From Phragmitibacter sp. (GTDB lineage Bacteria > Verrucomicrobiota > Verrucomicrobiia > Verrucomicrobiales > Verrucomicrobiaceae): a stretch of 64,000 nucleotides of DNA. The DNA lies in assembly GCA_965284365.1 (NCBI GenBank), contig OZ260079.1, positions 456,836-520,835 on the forward strand, in the 5' to 3' direction. Position numbers and translations under genes: made by a program. Shown here one piece after another: positions 28,201 to 36,269 of this stretch (the stretch's first letter is position 1; each line of letters starts with the position of its first letter). The notes beneath the pieces were generated by a model. It ran no database searches and was not told where the DNA came from. It saw only the letters and a program-made list of their open reading frames with translations.

Positions 28201-30358
28201 CCTCACACTTCTCAGGCGTGGTCGCGATCTCGAGGTAATTCAGCACGGATTGGCTGAGAAGGCTGAGTTGCGCCTGAAACTGCGCTGCGCCTTCCGTGCG
28301 GGCCAACTCCTGACGGCGATTGCGCAAAACGGAGCGCACCTGATTGAGCTGTGCAAACAGGCCTGAGATGCTTTCAACGATCCGAGTCGTTTCAGTGGCA
28401 TCCTTGATTTTCAAGCCGCTCACGATTGAGATGAGCATCTCGAGTTCTGCGCTGGCTTTCGCGAGAGATTCTTCCACTTCCTCGGCTTCGGTCACTTTTG
28501 ACAGAGAAGGAACACGAGTTTTTTGCTCTTCGATTTGCTGCCGATAAGGATCGAGTGCTTCAGGCCGAAGAAGGAACGCGACGCACTTCTCCGAAAACTT
28601 TTCGACCCCCTCAGCGGCCCGCTTATCCATGTCCGCTGTTTCCGCGAGGTCGACATAGCGCACATCGCGCAGAGCGATGATCTGCCCTCGAAGCTCCCGC
28701 AGACTGGCGAGCAAATGCACATAGGCGAGGATGTTATCCGGCTCCGTGTTCGCCGCAGTGGTGATGGTCTTCGTGACCCTCTCCTGCAATGCCGCCGTTT
28801 GCTCGGCGGCCGACTTGCGCATGCGGCGCACTTTCTCAAATTCTGCGAGAGCCGCCTCCGCGCTGGTTTTGATATCGAGGAGCGTTACCTTCAGCGAATG
28901 CGCTTCAGGCTTGTCCACCCAGAAATAGCCGTCTGCAACGTCGCCGGTCGCGCGAGCCAATTCCACGTAGAGCCCGGAAAAGGAATCGTCCTTACCCAAC
29001 AAGGTCAAGACGCCACGGCATTCTGCCATACACCGCACGATTTCGGCATTGCCGATTTTAGCCAGGAACGATTTGCCATCACCATGAGCAGCCGTTTCAT
29101 GGGCCGCATAGGGTGTGCGCCAGGTCTGGACCACATGATGTTTGCGCGGTTCAAAGTCACTTTGAAACACCAACAACTCGCCATTAGGGAAAAGGCTGAA
29201 ACCATGGCAGGCAATGGGGGTAACCAATGACTGCGTGATCAGATTGTAGGAGAGCAATAGATAGGAACCATCCGTCAGATTGCTGAAGACAAACAGGGTA
29301 TCCTCCCCATTGATGGCCGCAATGCGGCGCTCAAAGCGCATCGCCGCCAGGCCTGTGTCGAACTCCTTGATCTCGCCCGTTTGCAGAGCAATCCCACGTG
29401 TCGTGATGACGCCGTGCCCGTCTGGCAAAAGGACACAGGACTCCGCGATGGCGTCCATGCGACGGGCCTCCTGACTCCGGTCATTATAAACGATGTAGCG
29501 CCAGACTTTTTCCTGGTAGGGCAACACCTTCAGGAGGATTAAGTTCCCAACCGTGGCATAATGGATCTCCGCGTCATCGAGTGTCTGATCCTTGTTGTCC
29601 ACAGGCTCGCTGTAGATGCCCGCGCCAGTGCTGGTGTTGTTCTCCACCTTGATGGTGAGATCACCGCCGATGGTTTCGACGAAGACGCGATCCTCAATAC
29701 TGATGTGCGGATGCAATCCGGAACGGTGCATATCGCGATGCGCCCGCTTCCATTCAAACTCCTGCTGTGGCGGGAAGACAAACTCGTGATCAAAGCGGTT
29801 CCCGAGATAGCTGATGGTTCCCGCTTCATCGTTCACCAGCCATTTGAAGGTTTTCACCTCGGTGGCGCCTCTGCCGCCCACGCTCATGCCCATGTAGAGG
29901 TGCGGTCCGACGCGGTGAAACTTCAGGAAGGACGCATGCTTGTAATAGCGGTAAAGATAATTGAAGTCCTCCTGGAATGCGGCGTCTCCCAGCAGATCAT
30001 CTTTGTTCGCCGCAAAAGTGTGATCTTTCGAATTATAGTCATAAATGGCGAAGACATCCGCCACATGCATTTGCGAACGCAAACCGAGTTGCACATTGTA
30101 GCCGAAGAGGAAATGGCTGGGGCCAATGCCCGTCATATCCTGCGGGACACAATTGTTCTCTGTGGTGAGACGCGCCGTTTCCACCAGCGCAATTTCCACA
30201 CCGCCGAAGATCGCTTTTCGATCGTCGTTCAGCAGATCCAGCCGCCGCTGGAGTTCCGCTCCATGCTTCTCCAACCGCTGCCGGATCACCTCGTACGCGC
30301 CGGCCTCGAGCTTCGTTTCGGAAGCAGGAGCAGAGGGGGTAGGGGTCGGTTCAGCCAT
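25265..30358 (-). CDS. giant (1697 aa) orphan AAA+ ATPase with a long coiled-coil region
   Basis: Single uninterrupted ORF. AAA+ core near the C-terminus (nt ~26050-26560): Walker A 'LLLISPPGYGKTTL', Walker B 'VMIYVDDIQH', 'VVMAGNPYTE'. Central ~500 aa are heptad-rich. N-terminal ~450 aa are aromatic and beta-rich. No signal peptide. Confidence 0.7.
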   Translation of the reverse strand: MAEPTPTPSAPASETKLEAGAYEVIRQRLEKHGAELQRRLDLLNDDRKAIFGGVEIALVETARLTTENNCVPQDMTGIGPSHFLFGYNVQLGLRSQMHVADVFAIYDYNSKDHTFAANKDDLLGDAAFQEDFNYLYRYYKHASFLKFHRVGPHLYMGMSVGGRGATEVKTFKWLVNDEAGTISYLGNRFDHEFVFPPQQEFEWKRAHRDMHRSGLHPHISIEDRVFVETIGGDLTIKVENNTSTGAGIYSEPVDNKDQTLDDAEIHYATVGNLILLKVLPYQEKVWRYIVYNDRSQEARRMDAIAESCVLLPDGHGVITTRGIALQTGEIKEFDTGLAAMRFERRIAAINGEDTLFVFSNLTDGSYLLLSYNLITQSLVTPIACHGFSLFPNGELLVFQSDFEPRKHHVVQTWRTPYAAHETAAHGDGKSFLAKIGNAEIVRCMAECRGVLTLLGKDDSFSGLYVELARATGDVADGYFWVDKPEAHSLKVTLLDIKTSAEAALAEFEKVRRMRKSAAEQTAALQERVTKTITTAANTEPDNILAYVHLLASLRELRGQIIALRDVRYVDLAETADMDKRAAEGVEKFSEKCVAFLLRPEALDPYRQQIEEQKTRVPSLSKVTEAEEVEESLAKASAELEMLISIVSGLKIKDATETTRIVESISGLFAQLNQVRSVLRNRRQELARTEGAAQFQAQLSLLSQSVLNYLEIATTPEKCEESLTRVLVQIEELEGRFADFDEYAEELTSKREEVQSAFEARRQSLVDARNRRAQSLTQSAERILTSVRSRLASFAKPEEVHSWIASDVMVAKLRDLIEQLRAIGGQVQADDLATKLKTLQQDSLKQIRDKSELFVEGDLIQLGKHRFTVNRLPLELTILLREGGLCYHLTGTQYFESVEDPTLTSLRAVWEQSVIAENEEVYRGEYLAWQMMMALHSQSGTGVSAYLKASPEERLAQVQAFMSQRYHEGYTKGVHDHDATLILTPLLEMQRDLGLLRHGPQARGAALWFWHAWPGGQDKDAFASRMKARGRMEEHVGGKTSDVDALSVLTKHMTEHGMPLGTDIPAAAACLVDELKALTTKHPQLPLTRSNAAVDLVHTFRKLLTAKRAGTAFAEMLDSLRDQPNTHWELTLEWLSALCPEANTFVKWEAAALLMIKDEPPQALPPEPTAKVQITGLTGSHPHIEQGGVMSVDYHEFSSRLTRYCTETAPAFAEFQRRKHELIQTRRETLRLDTFKANVLSSFVRNRLLDQVYLPLIGANLAKQIGAAGSATRTDRMGMLLLISPPGYGKTTLMEYVANRLGITLVKINGPALGHKVTSLDPAEASNASAREEVERLNLAFAMGDNVMIYVDDIQHTNPEFLQKFISLCDGSRKIEGVFRGKAQTYDLRGRKVAVVMAGNPYTEVGGKFQVPDMLANRADTYNLGDILGNHEAAFKDSYIENALTSNTTLARVAARSHADALAILKIALTGNREDIEFEGNYSAEEIEECVRVMEKLLTVRQVMLRVNQEYIRSAAMEDAYRTEPPFKLQGSYRNMNKIAEKILPLMSDDEVKSLIEDHYRGEAQTLSQAAEANLLKWREINGFASPADLARWDEIKRTFKRNLLTGGAGENDPVSRISGHLSAFTAGLEGIQNSLTAFAQPATLTDATMAQLQKIIEGLRAVPVDVEIRVQPVERAPDGSQPVAVRSQVEQGDENES

Positions 30359-30395
30359 ATCGGCAAAAAAATTGGATGGCTTTTCTTAAGAGAAG

Positions 30396-30695
30396 CTAGT
30401 CGAGCAATCTTTTCCGCAGCACTTCAGGGTCTTGTCGCAAGTCGAGAACAGCCGTGACGATGATTCGTTGCCCTTGCAGCTTGTAAAAGATGCCATAGGG
30501 AAAATCTCGAATGAGCATCCGACGGTAGCCTTTCGCCACTTGTCCGGCGATTTCTGGATATAAACGAATGAGGGTAAAAGCAGCATCAAGCCGACTGACG
30601 AAAACTTCGCCTCTGCCGCTTTGGTAATCTTCGTAGCGTGCATATGCGGATTGAACATCAACCTCCGCCTTCAGCAGCAAAATGAGCTCGTTCAT
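30396..30695 (-). CDS. type II toxin, RelE/ParE family
   Basis: Start at the internal ATG (30695), which overlaps the antitoxin stop as ATGA. C-terminus 'FPYGIFYKLQGQRIIVTAVLDLRQDP' is ParE-like. Confidence 0.6.
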   Translation of the reverse strand: MNELILLLKAEVDVQSAYARYEDYQSGRGEVFVSRLDAAFTLIRLYPEIAGQVAKGYRRMLIRDFPYGIFYKLQGQRIIVTAVLDLRQDPEVLRKRLLD

Positions 30696-30916
30696 GCATC
30701 GCGCCCGAGGATGCGCTGTTTGGCAGCTTCCCAAGTCGTGAACCGGTCAGGATGGCGGCGAAAATCCTCCATTCGTCCATCCAAGGTCTCGAGAATTTCA
30801 GGAGAAACAGGGATATCGGAAGGATGACTTTCGAGCTCATTCCAGAGTTCCGAAACAAAGACCAGCTTTTCCGATGGCGTAAGCTTCTGAATTTCAGGGA
30901 ATCTTTCCAGAATCAT
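30692..30916 (-). CDS. antitoxin (putative addiction-module component, TIGR02574-like)
   Basis: 'LTPSEKLVFVSELWNELE...FTTWEAAKQRI' matches the addiction-module antitoxin signature. 4-nt overlap with the toxin. Confidence 0.55.
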   Translation of the reverse strand: MILERFPEIQKLTPSEKLVFVSELWNELESHPSDIPVSPEILETLDGRMEDFRRHPDRFTTWEAAKQRILGRDA

Positions 30917-30961
30917 GATGTAAGGTGCATGCGATGACGACCAATGCAAGGCGGGGTCTTA

Positions 30962-33052
30962 TCACTTCTTTTTACCACCCCCTAAAATTGTGGAGGCATT
31001 TTCCTCCGTCAGTCCGAACCGCCCCGCAGCACCGATGAGACCAGTGAGTTTGTTCACGGTGGCACCATCCGGTTGCAGGCCCATCATCTTCATGAACAGC
31101 GCAGAGAGGGTCAGGTTCTTCGTGTCCTCGGCCGTGAGGCCGAATTGATCAATCAATGTCTTCAATTGGCTTTTGAAATACTCTGGGTCGCCGTTGAAGA
31201 AGGTTTCCTTCACATCGGTCAGGGTGCGGCTGCCTTCCACCAACCGATCCACTGCACGCGCGTTGCCGATGGCATTGGTAATCTTGTCAAAGAACTGGCT
31301 TTCGCCGCCCACGATTTCGATCTTGGCACTCTTCATGGCTTCCCCCAGCACCACAGCTTGTTGTGCTGCGATTTCGCCCTGAATGTTGATCTGAGCCAAC
31401 TCCACGGCCTTGTCCTTTTCGAGGTTGAGTTTGAACTCTTCGTGCTGACGACCGGCGTCCTCCAGTAGTTTCATGGCTTGAGCTTTCTTGGTGATGCCGT
31501 CCGCTTCTGCCGCCAGCTTGAGCTGCGCTACTTCCGCGTCCACTTGACCTACTTTCTGCGCCGCATCGGCCTTGGCCATCTGCACCTGCGCCTCGCCCAA
31601 GCCAGGCGCTGCCTCTCTGGCAGTAGTCGCTTCCGCCAGCAGTTTTTCCGCTTTGGCTTCCATCGCGGCGGATTCCTGTCGGGCCTCCGCCAGCGTGAGT
31701 ATTTCCTGAGCTTTCATCTGCGCTGCTTCGCGTGAAGCTTCGGCCGCTTTCACTGCCTGGAACGCGTCTTGCTCCGCTTTCAATTGTGAGGCCTGTTTCA
31801 CGCCCTCGGCTTCCTTAATCTTCTGGATCAAGAGCTCCTGCGCCGACTTTTCGGCCAGCGTCATTGCGACTGACTTCTGACGTTCCGCGCCAGCGAAGGC
31901 TTCGGTGTCCTTGATCTTCTCCTGCTCGATGACCACAGTCTTCTCCACCATGACGCGATCCTTGATCACGTCCTGGATGGCTTTCTTCTCGATTTCCACG
32001 GCCTTTTCTTTCTCGATCGACTTGAGCGTGGTGATGCGCTCCCGCTCGATGATCTCGAGTTCCTTGTCCCGAGTCACACGCTCCACTTCCACGGCGTCCG
32101 TGCGCTCCTTGTTCCTTTGCGCCACCAGCACCTGCCGATCCTTGTTCTCTGTGGCGATCGCGATTTCTTCGTCAGCGGCGATGCGGGCGCGCTCTGCCTT
32201 GAGGCGCTCTTCTTCCTGCACCTTCATGGTCTCGGCTTCTTCGCGAGCTTTGACGCTTTCGATGTCGCGCCTTTGCTTCGCTTCTGTCTCAGCAAGCTGG
32301 CGCTCCAATTCCAGGATGGCTTCACGTGCCTGCACGTCCTGTTGCTTGATAACCTTTTCCTTGTCGCGCTGGATGTTGTTGGCCAGTTTCGCCTGAGTGG
32401 CGGTCAATTCAGTGATCTTCTTGATGCCTTCCGCATCAAGGATGTTGTCCGGATCAAGGTTCTCCAGTTGCGTCTGTTCGAGGTAATCGATGGCGCAGTC
32501 ATCCAAAACGAATCCGTTCAGATCGGTGCCGATCACCTGCAGGATCTCATCTTTGAAATGGTCACGCTCGTTGTAGAGATCCACGAACTGAAAGCGCTTA
32601 CCCACCGTCTTCAAAGCTTCGGAGAACTTCGCATCGAAAAGCACGCGGATCATGTCTGTGCTGGAGGCTCGTTCGCAGCCGATGGACTGAGCGACACGCA
32701 GCACATCCTGGTCGGATTTGTTTACGCGCACGAAGAACGCCACCTTGATATCAGCGCGCATGTTGTCCTTGCAGATCAGACCTTCATTTCCCTGCCGCGC
32801 GATTTCAATCCGCTTCACAGAGATGTCCATGTATTCAATCTGCTGCACCACCGGCAGTACCAGGATGCCATTAAAGGATACTCGCGTGCCGCCTACGCCA
32901 TTGCGGACGACAGCTTGGCCTTGGTGCACTTTCCGGTAAAACCGGGATACAAGCACCAATATCCCCAACAGGATAATGATCCCAACCGTCATGCCGACGA
33001 AGATGGTTGGGGCAACAATGTCTAACAGCATCGGATTCATCTTAGGCGTCAA
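30962..33052 (-). CDS. flotillin-like SPFH/band-7 protein (YqiK/FloA-like)
   Basis: N-terminal transmembrane segment. SPFH core 'VRNGVGGTRVSFNGILVLPVVQQIEYMDISVKRIEI'. Long E/A/K-rich coiled coil. 696 aa. Confidence 0.75.
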   Translation of the reverse strand: MTPKMNPMLLDIVAPTIFVGMTVGIIILLGILVLVSRFYRKVHQGQAVVRNGVGGTRVSFNGILVLPVVQQIEYMDISVKRIEIARQGNEGLICKDNMRADIKVAFFVRVNKSDQDVLRVAQSIGCERASSTDMIRVLFDAKFSEALKTVGKRFQFVDLYNERDHFKDEILQVIGTDLNGFVLDDCAIDYLEQTQLENLDPDNILDAEGIKKITELTATQAKLANNIQRDKEKVIKQQDVQAREAILELERQLAETEAKQRRDIESVKAREEAETMKVQEEERLKAERARIAADEEIAIATENKDRQVLVAQRNKERTDAVEVERVTRDKELEIIERERITTLKSIEKEKAVEIEKKAIQDVIKDRVMVEKTVVIEQEKIKDTEAFAGAERQKSVAMTLAEKSAQELLIQKIKEAEGVKQASQLKAEQDAFQAVKAAEASREAAQMKAQEILTLAEARQESAAMEAKAEKLLAEATTAREAAPGLGEAQVQMAKADAAQKVGQVDAEVAQLKLAAEADGITKKAQAMKLLEDAGRQHEEFKLNLEKDKAVELAQINIQGEIAAQQAVVLGEAMKSAKIEIVGGESQFFDKITNAIGNARAVDRLVEGSRTLTDVKETFFNGDPEYFKSQLKTLIDQFGLTAEDTKNLTLSALFMKMMGLQPDGATVNKLTGLIGAAGRFGLTEENASTILGGGKKK

Positions 33053-33756
33053 TCTTGGGAATGGGTGGGTTGTTCTGAAAGGGTCAAGGGCTCAACAAAA
33101 TGGAAAGGGGCGTCAGGCGATCCTGAGATGATCTTCACCTTAGCGCCACGATGCAGGGTAGGCTCGCCACTCTTGACGCGCACGTTCACCAGCACAGGCG
33201 CCGCTTTCGTAGCAATCTCCGCCTGACCGTAGTGCTCCGTCACTCCCGCTGAGATTACGGTAGCTTCGCGTCCGACGACTTCCTCGCTCTCGGTAGCTGT
33301 CCGCTGCATTGCGGAAAACAGCTTATCAAAAGGAATGATCAAGATCCGGGTGAGGATCAGACTCAAGATCACATTGGGAATCAGAAGCAACAATGCCACG
33401 GTGTAAGACCGATTTCCCGGCGTGCCATTTAGGTAGTAGTTGGAGATCATTGAGATCATCCACATGAAGATCGCGAGGAAGGTCCCCACGATGTTCAGCG
33501 GCACATCACCAAAGCTGAAGAGACGGCTTTTCATCTCTGGCATTGGCCCACCACCGCCGGCAGAGGAAGAATGGCTTGTGTGCAAGGGAGCAGGCGAGTC
33601 ATTTCCCCCATCGCCGAATCCTTCTCCCGCGTCCGCTTCGATGTCAGCGTCGAGCACGCCCAGGATCACGAGAAGCCAATACAATACCACCATGCCCAGC
33701 AGCGCTGTGCATGGGAGGTTATGAATGGATATGAATTCGCGGATAAACTCGAACAC
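33049..33756 (-). CDS. NfeD-like membrane protein (flotillin partner)
   Basis: Transmembrane helices plus a C-terminal OB-fold-like 'EATVISAGVTEHYGQAEIATK...VNVRVKSGEPTLHRGAKVKI'. 4-nt overlap with the flotillin gene. Confidence 0.6.
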   Translation of the reverse strand: MFEFIREFISIHNLPCTALLGMVVLYWLLVILGVLDADIEADAGEGFGDGGNDSPAPLHTSHSSSAGGGGPMPEMKSRLFSFGDVPLNIVGTFLAIFMWMISMISNYYLNGTPGNRSYTVALLLLIPNVILSLILTRILIIPFDKLFSAMQRTATESEEVVGREATVISAGVTEHYGQAEIATKAAPVLVNVRVKSGEPTLHRGAKVKIISGSPDAPFHFVEPLTLSEQPTHSQD

Positions 33757-33918
33757 AGCGGGAGCGTGGTAAAACCGCGCTCATTAAAGCAAACCCTACC
33801 TCCCACGCCAGCGAGATCGGTAGAAATCGTAACCAAAAGCTTAGGATTTCCTTATAGTCCCTTGTTTGCGCGAGGAGGGCGCTCCGCTGAGGAATCCACC
33901 ACTTACCTGATTCCAAGT

Positions 33919-36198
33919 CTATTGGCCGGTGCCCACCGCCGTGTTTTTGCGCATGTAGGGGTCATTTCCAATCACCAAGGCTTCACGGGGAGTGACCGCG
34001 ATCTGATTCACATCTCCAGTAGGTTGAACTTTCTTCGCTTCTTGAGGGGCGGCGTCGCTCATCACAACCTCCTTATCAGGCACGACGGCCACGAGGCTAT
34101 CAGACGGACGCAGGCCATCGACCGCGTGGCGCGTGCACACATTAGGGAAAGCATCCTTAGCACGGGCTGAGAGCGCCACCAACAATCTTCCCTGCGACTG
34201 ACACGCCTGAGTGGCTACGCATCCGCTTTCGAGGCAAAGTCTGGGCTCATTCGCTTTCTGCGGCCAACCTAGCGCGCTGTCTCCCAGCGCCGTGGCCATG
34301 ACTTCGGCCCATAGAGGGAAGGCGGCATCTCTTGCCCAGGCTCCATCAGCCATCTTCTTTGTCTGATCGTATCCGATCCAGACCGCACAGGTCACATTGT
34401 GATCCGATCCGATAAACCACGCGTCGCTGAAGCCATAAGACATGCCGCCCCACCCTGCCAAGCCTTTGCCGGACAGACCATGATTTTGCAGCGCTTCCTT
34501 GAAAGATCCTTTCTCGAGAGAAGCTGCCATCACGGCCCGGACCTGATCCGATGCGGCTTCATGGAATACTCGCACCAAATGGGAGCCTCCATCTGTGCGG
34601 CGCTCCTCGGATTGATACGTCTTTGCCGAGGCCACGATGGGAAGGTCTGGAGGAAGCTCTCCTCCGTTGGCCAAGGCGGCGAAAGCTCGAGCCAGATCCT
34701 TCATTTTCATCGCGCTGTTTCCGAGCAGCACCGATGCATATTCCGACAAGTCCGAGGTGAATCCGCATTTCACCAGGTTAGCTCTCGTCGACTCGAAGCC
34801 GGCTTCATAAGCCAGCCGGCCGGCAGCCCCCGTTTTGCCTTTGGCCAATGCATAGAGCGCGGGAACGTATCCCTCATATCCGGGCTGTCCGCCCTCAGTT
34901 CCCCATTCCCCCAATATGCCATTTTCACCGCCGATCATGATACGGCGATTGTCCATCGGTGCATCTAGCACCATGGCGCTCATAAGCTCAGGTTTCACTG
35001 AGAAGATGGCTGCGTAGCTCAGCGGCAACAGAGCACTGCCGACTGGTCTCTCACCTTGCATGGCTCGGTCAAATGGACTGCTTTGGAAATGCCGTCCGCC
35101 ACAGGTGGCGAGAATGGCGCCGCTGCGATTGTCGATCACGATGGCGGCGCCTTGCAGCTTGTCGGCGTCCTTCGCTTTGGCCTTGTCCGCATCAGTAGCC
35201 GCACCTTGCAATGCTTCCTCCACCCGCGCGACATGGCTTGCCACAATGGTCTCCATTTGCCCCTGTAGTTGGGAGTTAACCGTGACCGCAACTGACTTCC
35301 AGGGGCCGGTGATGCCTCGCTTCGACAATTCATTCAAATCCCGCTCCACGGCAGCCAGGAGATAACTCGGTTGTCCAAAGCGGGAGCCTTCGGGAACAAC
35401 TCCCAAAGGTGAAGCCAGCGCCAGTTCACATCGCGATGCATCCAGCTTACCCGTTACTTTCATGCGGCGGAAGGTGTGATCCCGCACTTTTTTGGCCGCT
35501 TCAGGATTCTTGAATGGCGAAAAGCTGACGGGGGCTTTGATGATCCCTACCAGCAGGGCGCATTCTTCCAGCTTCAACTCATGTATATCTTTGCCAAAGT
35601 AGCCACGCGCGGCCGGTCCCATGCCGTAGAAACCGCTGCCCAAGTAGATTTGATTGAGGTAAGCCTCCAGAATTTCCTCTTTGGTATATTGATCCTCCAG
35701 CCTCGATGCCACGAATGACTCCAGCAGCTTCCGGTGCAGCGTGCGGCCCTTTAGCTTGAACGACTGCCTGGCCAATTGTTGCGTCAGAGTGCTCCCACCT
35801 TGCTTCACACCACCACCCTTAACATTGCTGATGAAGGCGCGCAGGATGCCTTTGTAATCAACGCCGTGGTGCTCATAAAAGCGGGTATCCTCTGTGGCAA
35901 TGAGCGCGTCGATCATGTCTTTCGGAACATCAGCCAGAGTGACCAGCTTGCCGTTGTTGCCAAAGAGTGCCCCGAGCGGCCGCCCTGTCCCATCAAGCAC
36001 TTGCGTGCCTTCTTTGAAATCCTTCAGCAAGCCGATATCGATTTTCGATGCCTCGGTAGAATACCGGTGCCATAGCCATGCCCCCGTGGCGATACCAATG
36101 ATTGTGCAGCCAATGGCTGAGAAGACCAGGATCTTTTTTAGCTTGGGACTGATGCGCGGAAACCACTTCCGCTTCGGAGTTGAAGTCTGTAATGCCAT
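33919..36198 (-). CDS. mrcA: class A penicillin-binding protein 1A (transglycosylase plus transpeptidase)
   Basis: GT51 motifs 'ATEDTRFYEHHGVD', 'GGSTLTQQLAR', 'YLNQIYLGSGFYGM'. Downstream transpeptidase domain. N-terminal transmembrane anchor. Confidence 0.8.
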   Translation of the reverse strand: MALQTSTPKRKWFPRISPKLKKILVFSAIGCTIIGIATGAWLWHRYSTEASKIDIGLLKDFKEGTQVLDGTGRPLGALFGNNGKLVTLADVPKDMIDALIATEDTRFYEHHGVDYKGILRAFISNVKGGGVKQGGSTLTQQLARQSFKLKGRTLHRKLLESFVASRLEDQYTKEEILEAYLNQIYLGSGFYGMGPAARGYFGKDIHELKLEECALLVGIIKAPVSFSPFKNPEAAKKVRDHTFRRMKVTGKLDASRCELALASPLGVVPEGSRFGQPSYLLAAVERDLNELSKRGITGPWKSVAVTVNSQLQGQMETIVASHVARVEEALQGAATDADKAKAKDADKLQGAAIVIDNRSGAILATCGGRHFQSSPFDRAMQGERPVGSALLPLSYAAIFSVKPELMSAMVLDAPMDNRRIMIGGENGILGEWGTEGGQPGYEGYVPALYALAKGKTGAAGRLAYEAGFESTRANLVKCGFTSDLSEYASVLLGNSAMKMKDLARAFAALANGGELPPDLPIVASAKTYQSEERRTDGGSHLVRVFHEAASDQVRAVMAASLEKGSFKEALQNHGLSGKGLAGWGGMSYGFSDAWFIGSDHNVTCAVWIGYDQTKKMADGAWARDAAFPLWAEVMATALGDSALGWPQKANEPRLCLESGCVATQACQSQGRLLVALSARAKDAFPNVCTRHAVDGLRPSDSLVAVVPDKEVVMSDAAPQEAKKVQPTGDVNQIAVTPREALVIGNDPYMRKNTAVGTGQ

Positions 36199-36269
36199 GG
36201 GAATTTATGTCACAGTGGGAGCTGGTGAGGGAATCAGGAGCCTGCTGTTATTGTCGGATTGGGCGGTCC

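Noticed and set aside
25265-30358. Assignment of the giant ATPase to a known defence family (BREX BrxC, STAND/Avs, Druantia DruE, SbcC-like)
   Set aside because: The AAA core is classical (GPPGxGKT-like, AGNP) and C-terminal. None of these families has that layout. No helicase, nuclease or NACHT motifs are seen. Left as unclassified.
27884-30457. Antisense ORFs (27884-28366, 28523-29230, 29561-30457) within the giant ATPase gene
   Set aside because: All are embedded in, and opposite to, a single long uninterrupted ORF that carries clear Walker motifs. Antisense ORFs are expected in GC-rich DNA.
32117-33025. 302-aa ORF antisense to the flotillin gene
   Set aside because: Opposite a CDS with clear SPFH and coiled-coil signatures. 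Composition reflects the complement of EA-rich codons.
33719-33916. 65-aa ORF in the NfeD-PBP1A intergenic gap
   Set aside because: It overlaps the NfeD start region, is hydrophobic/basic, and has no homolog-like features. Probably non-coding promoter sequence.
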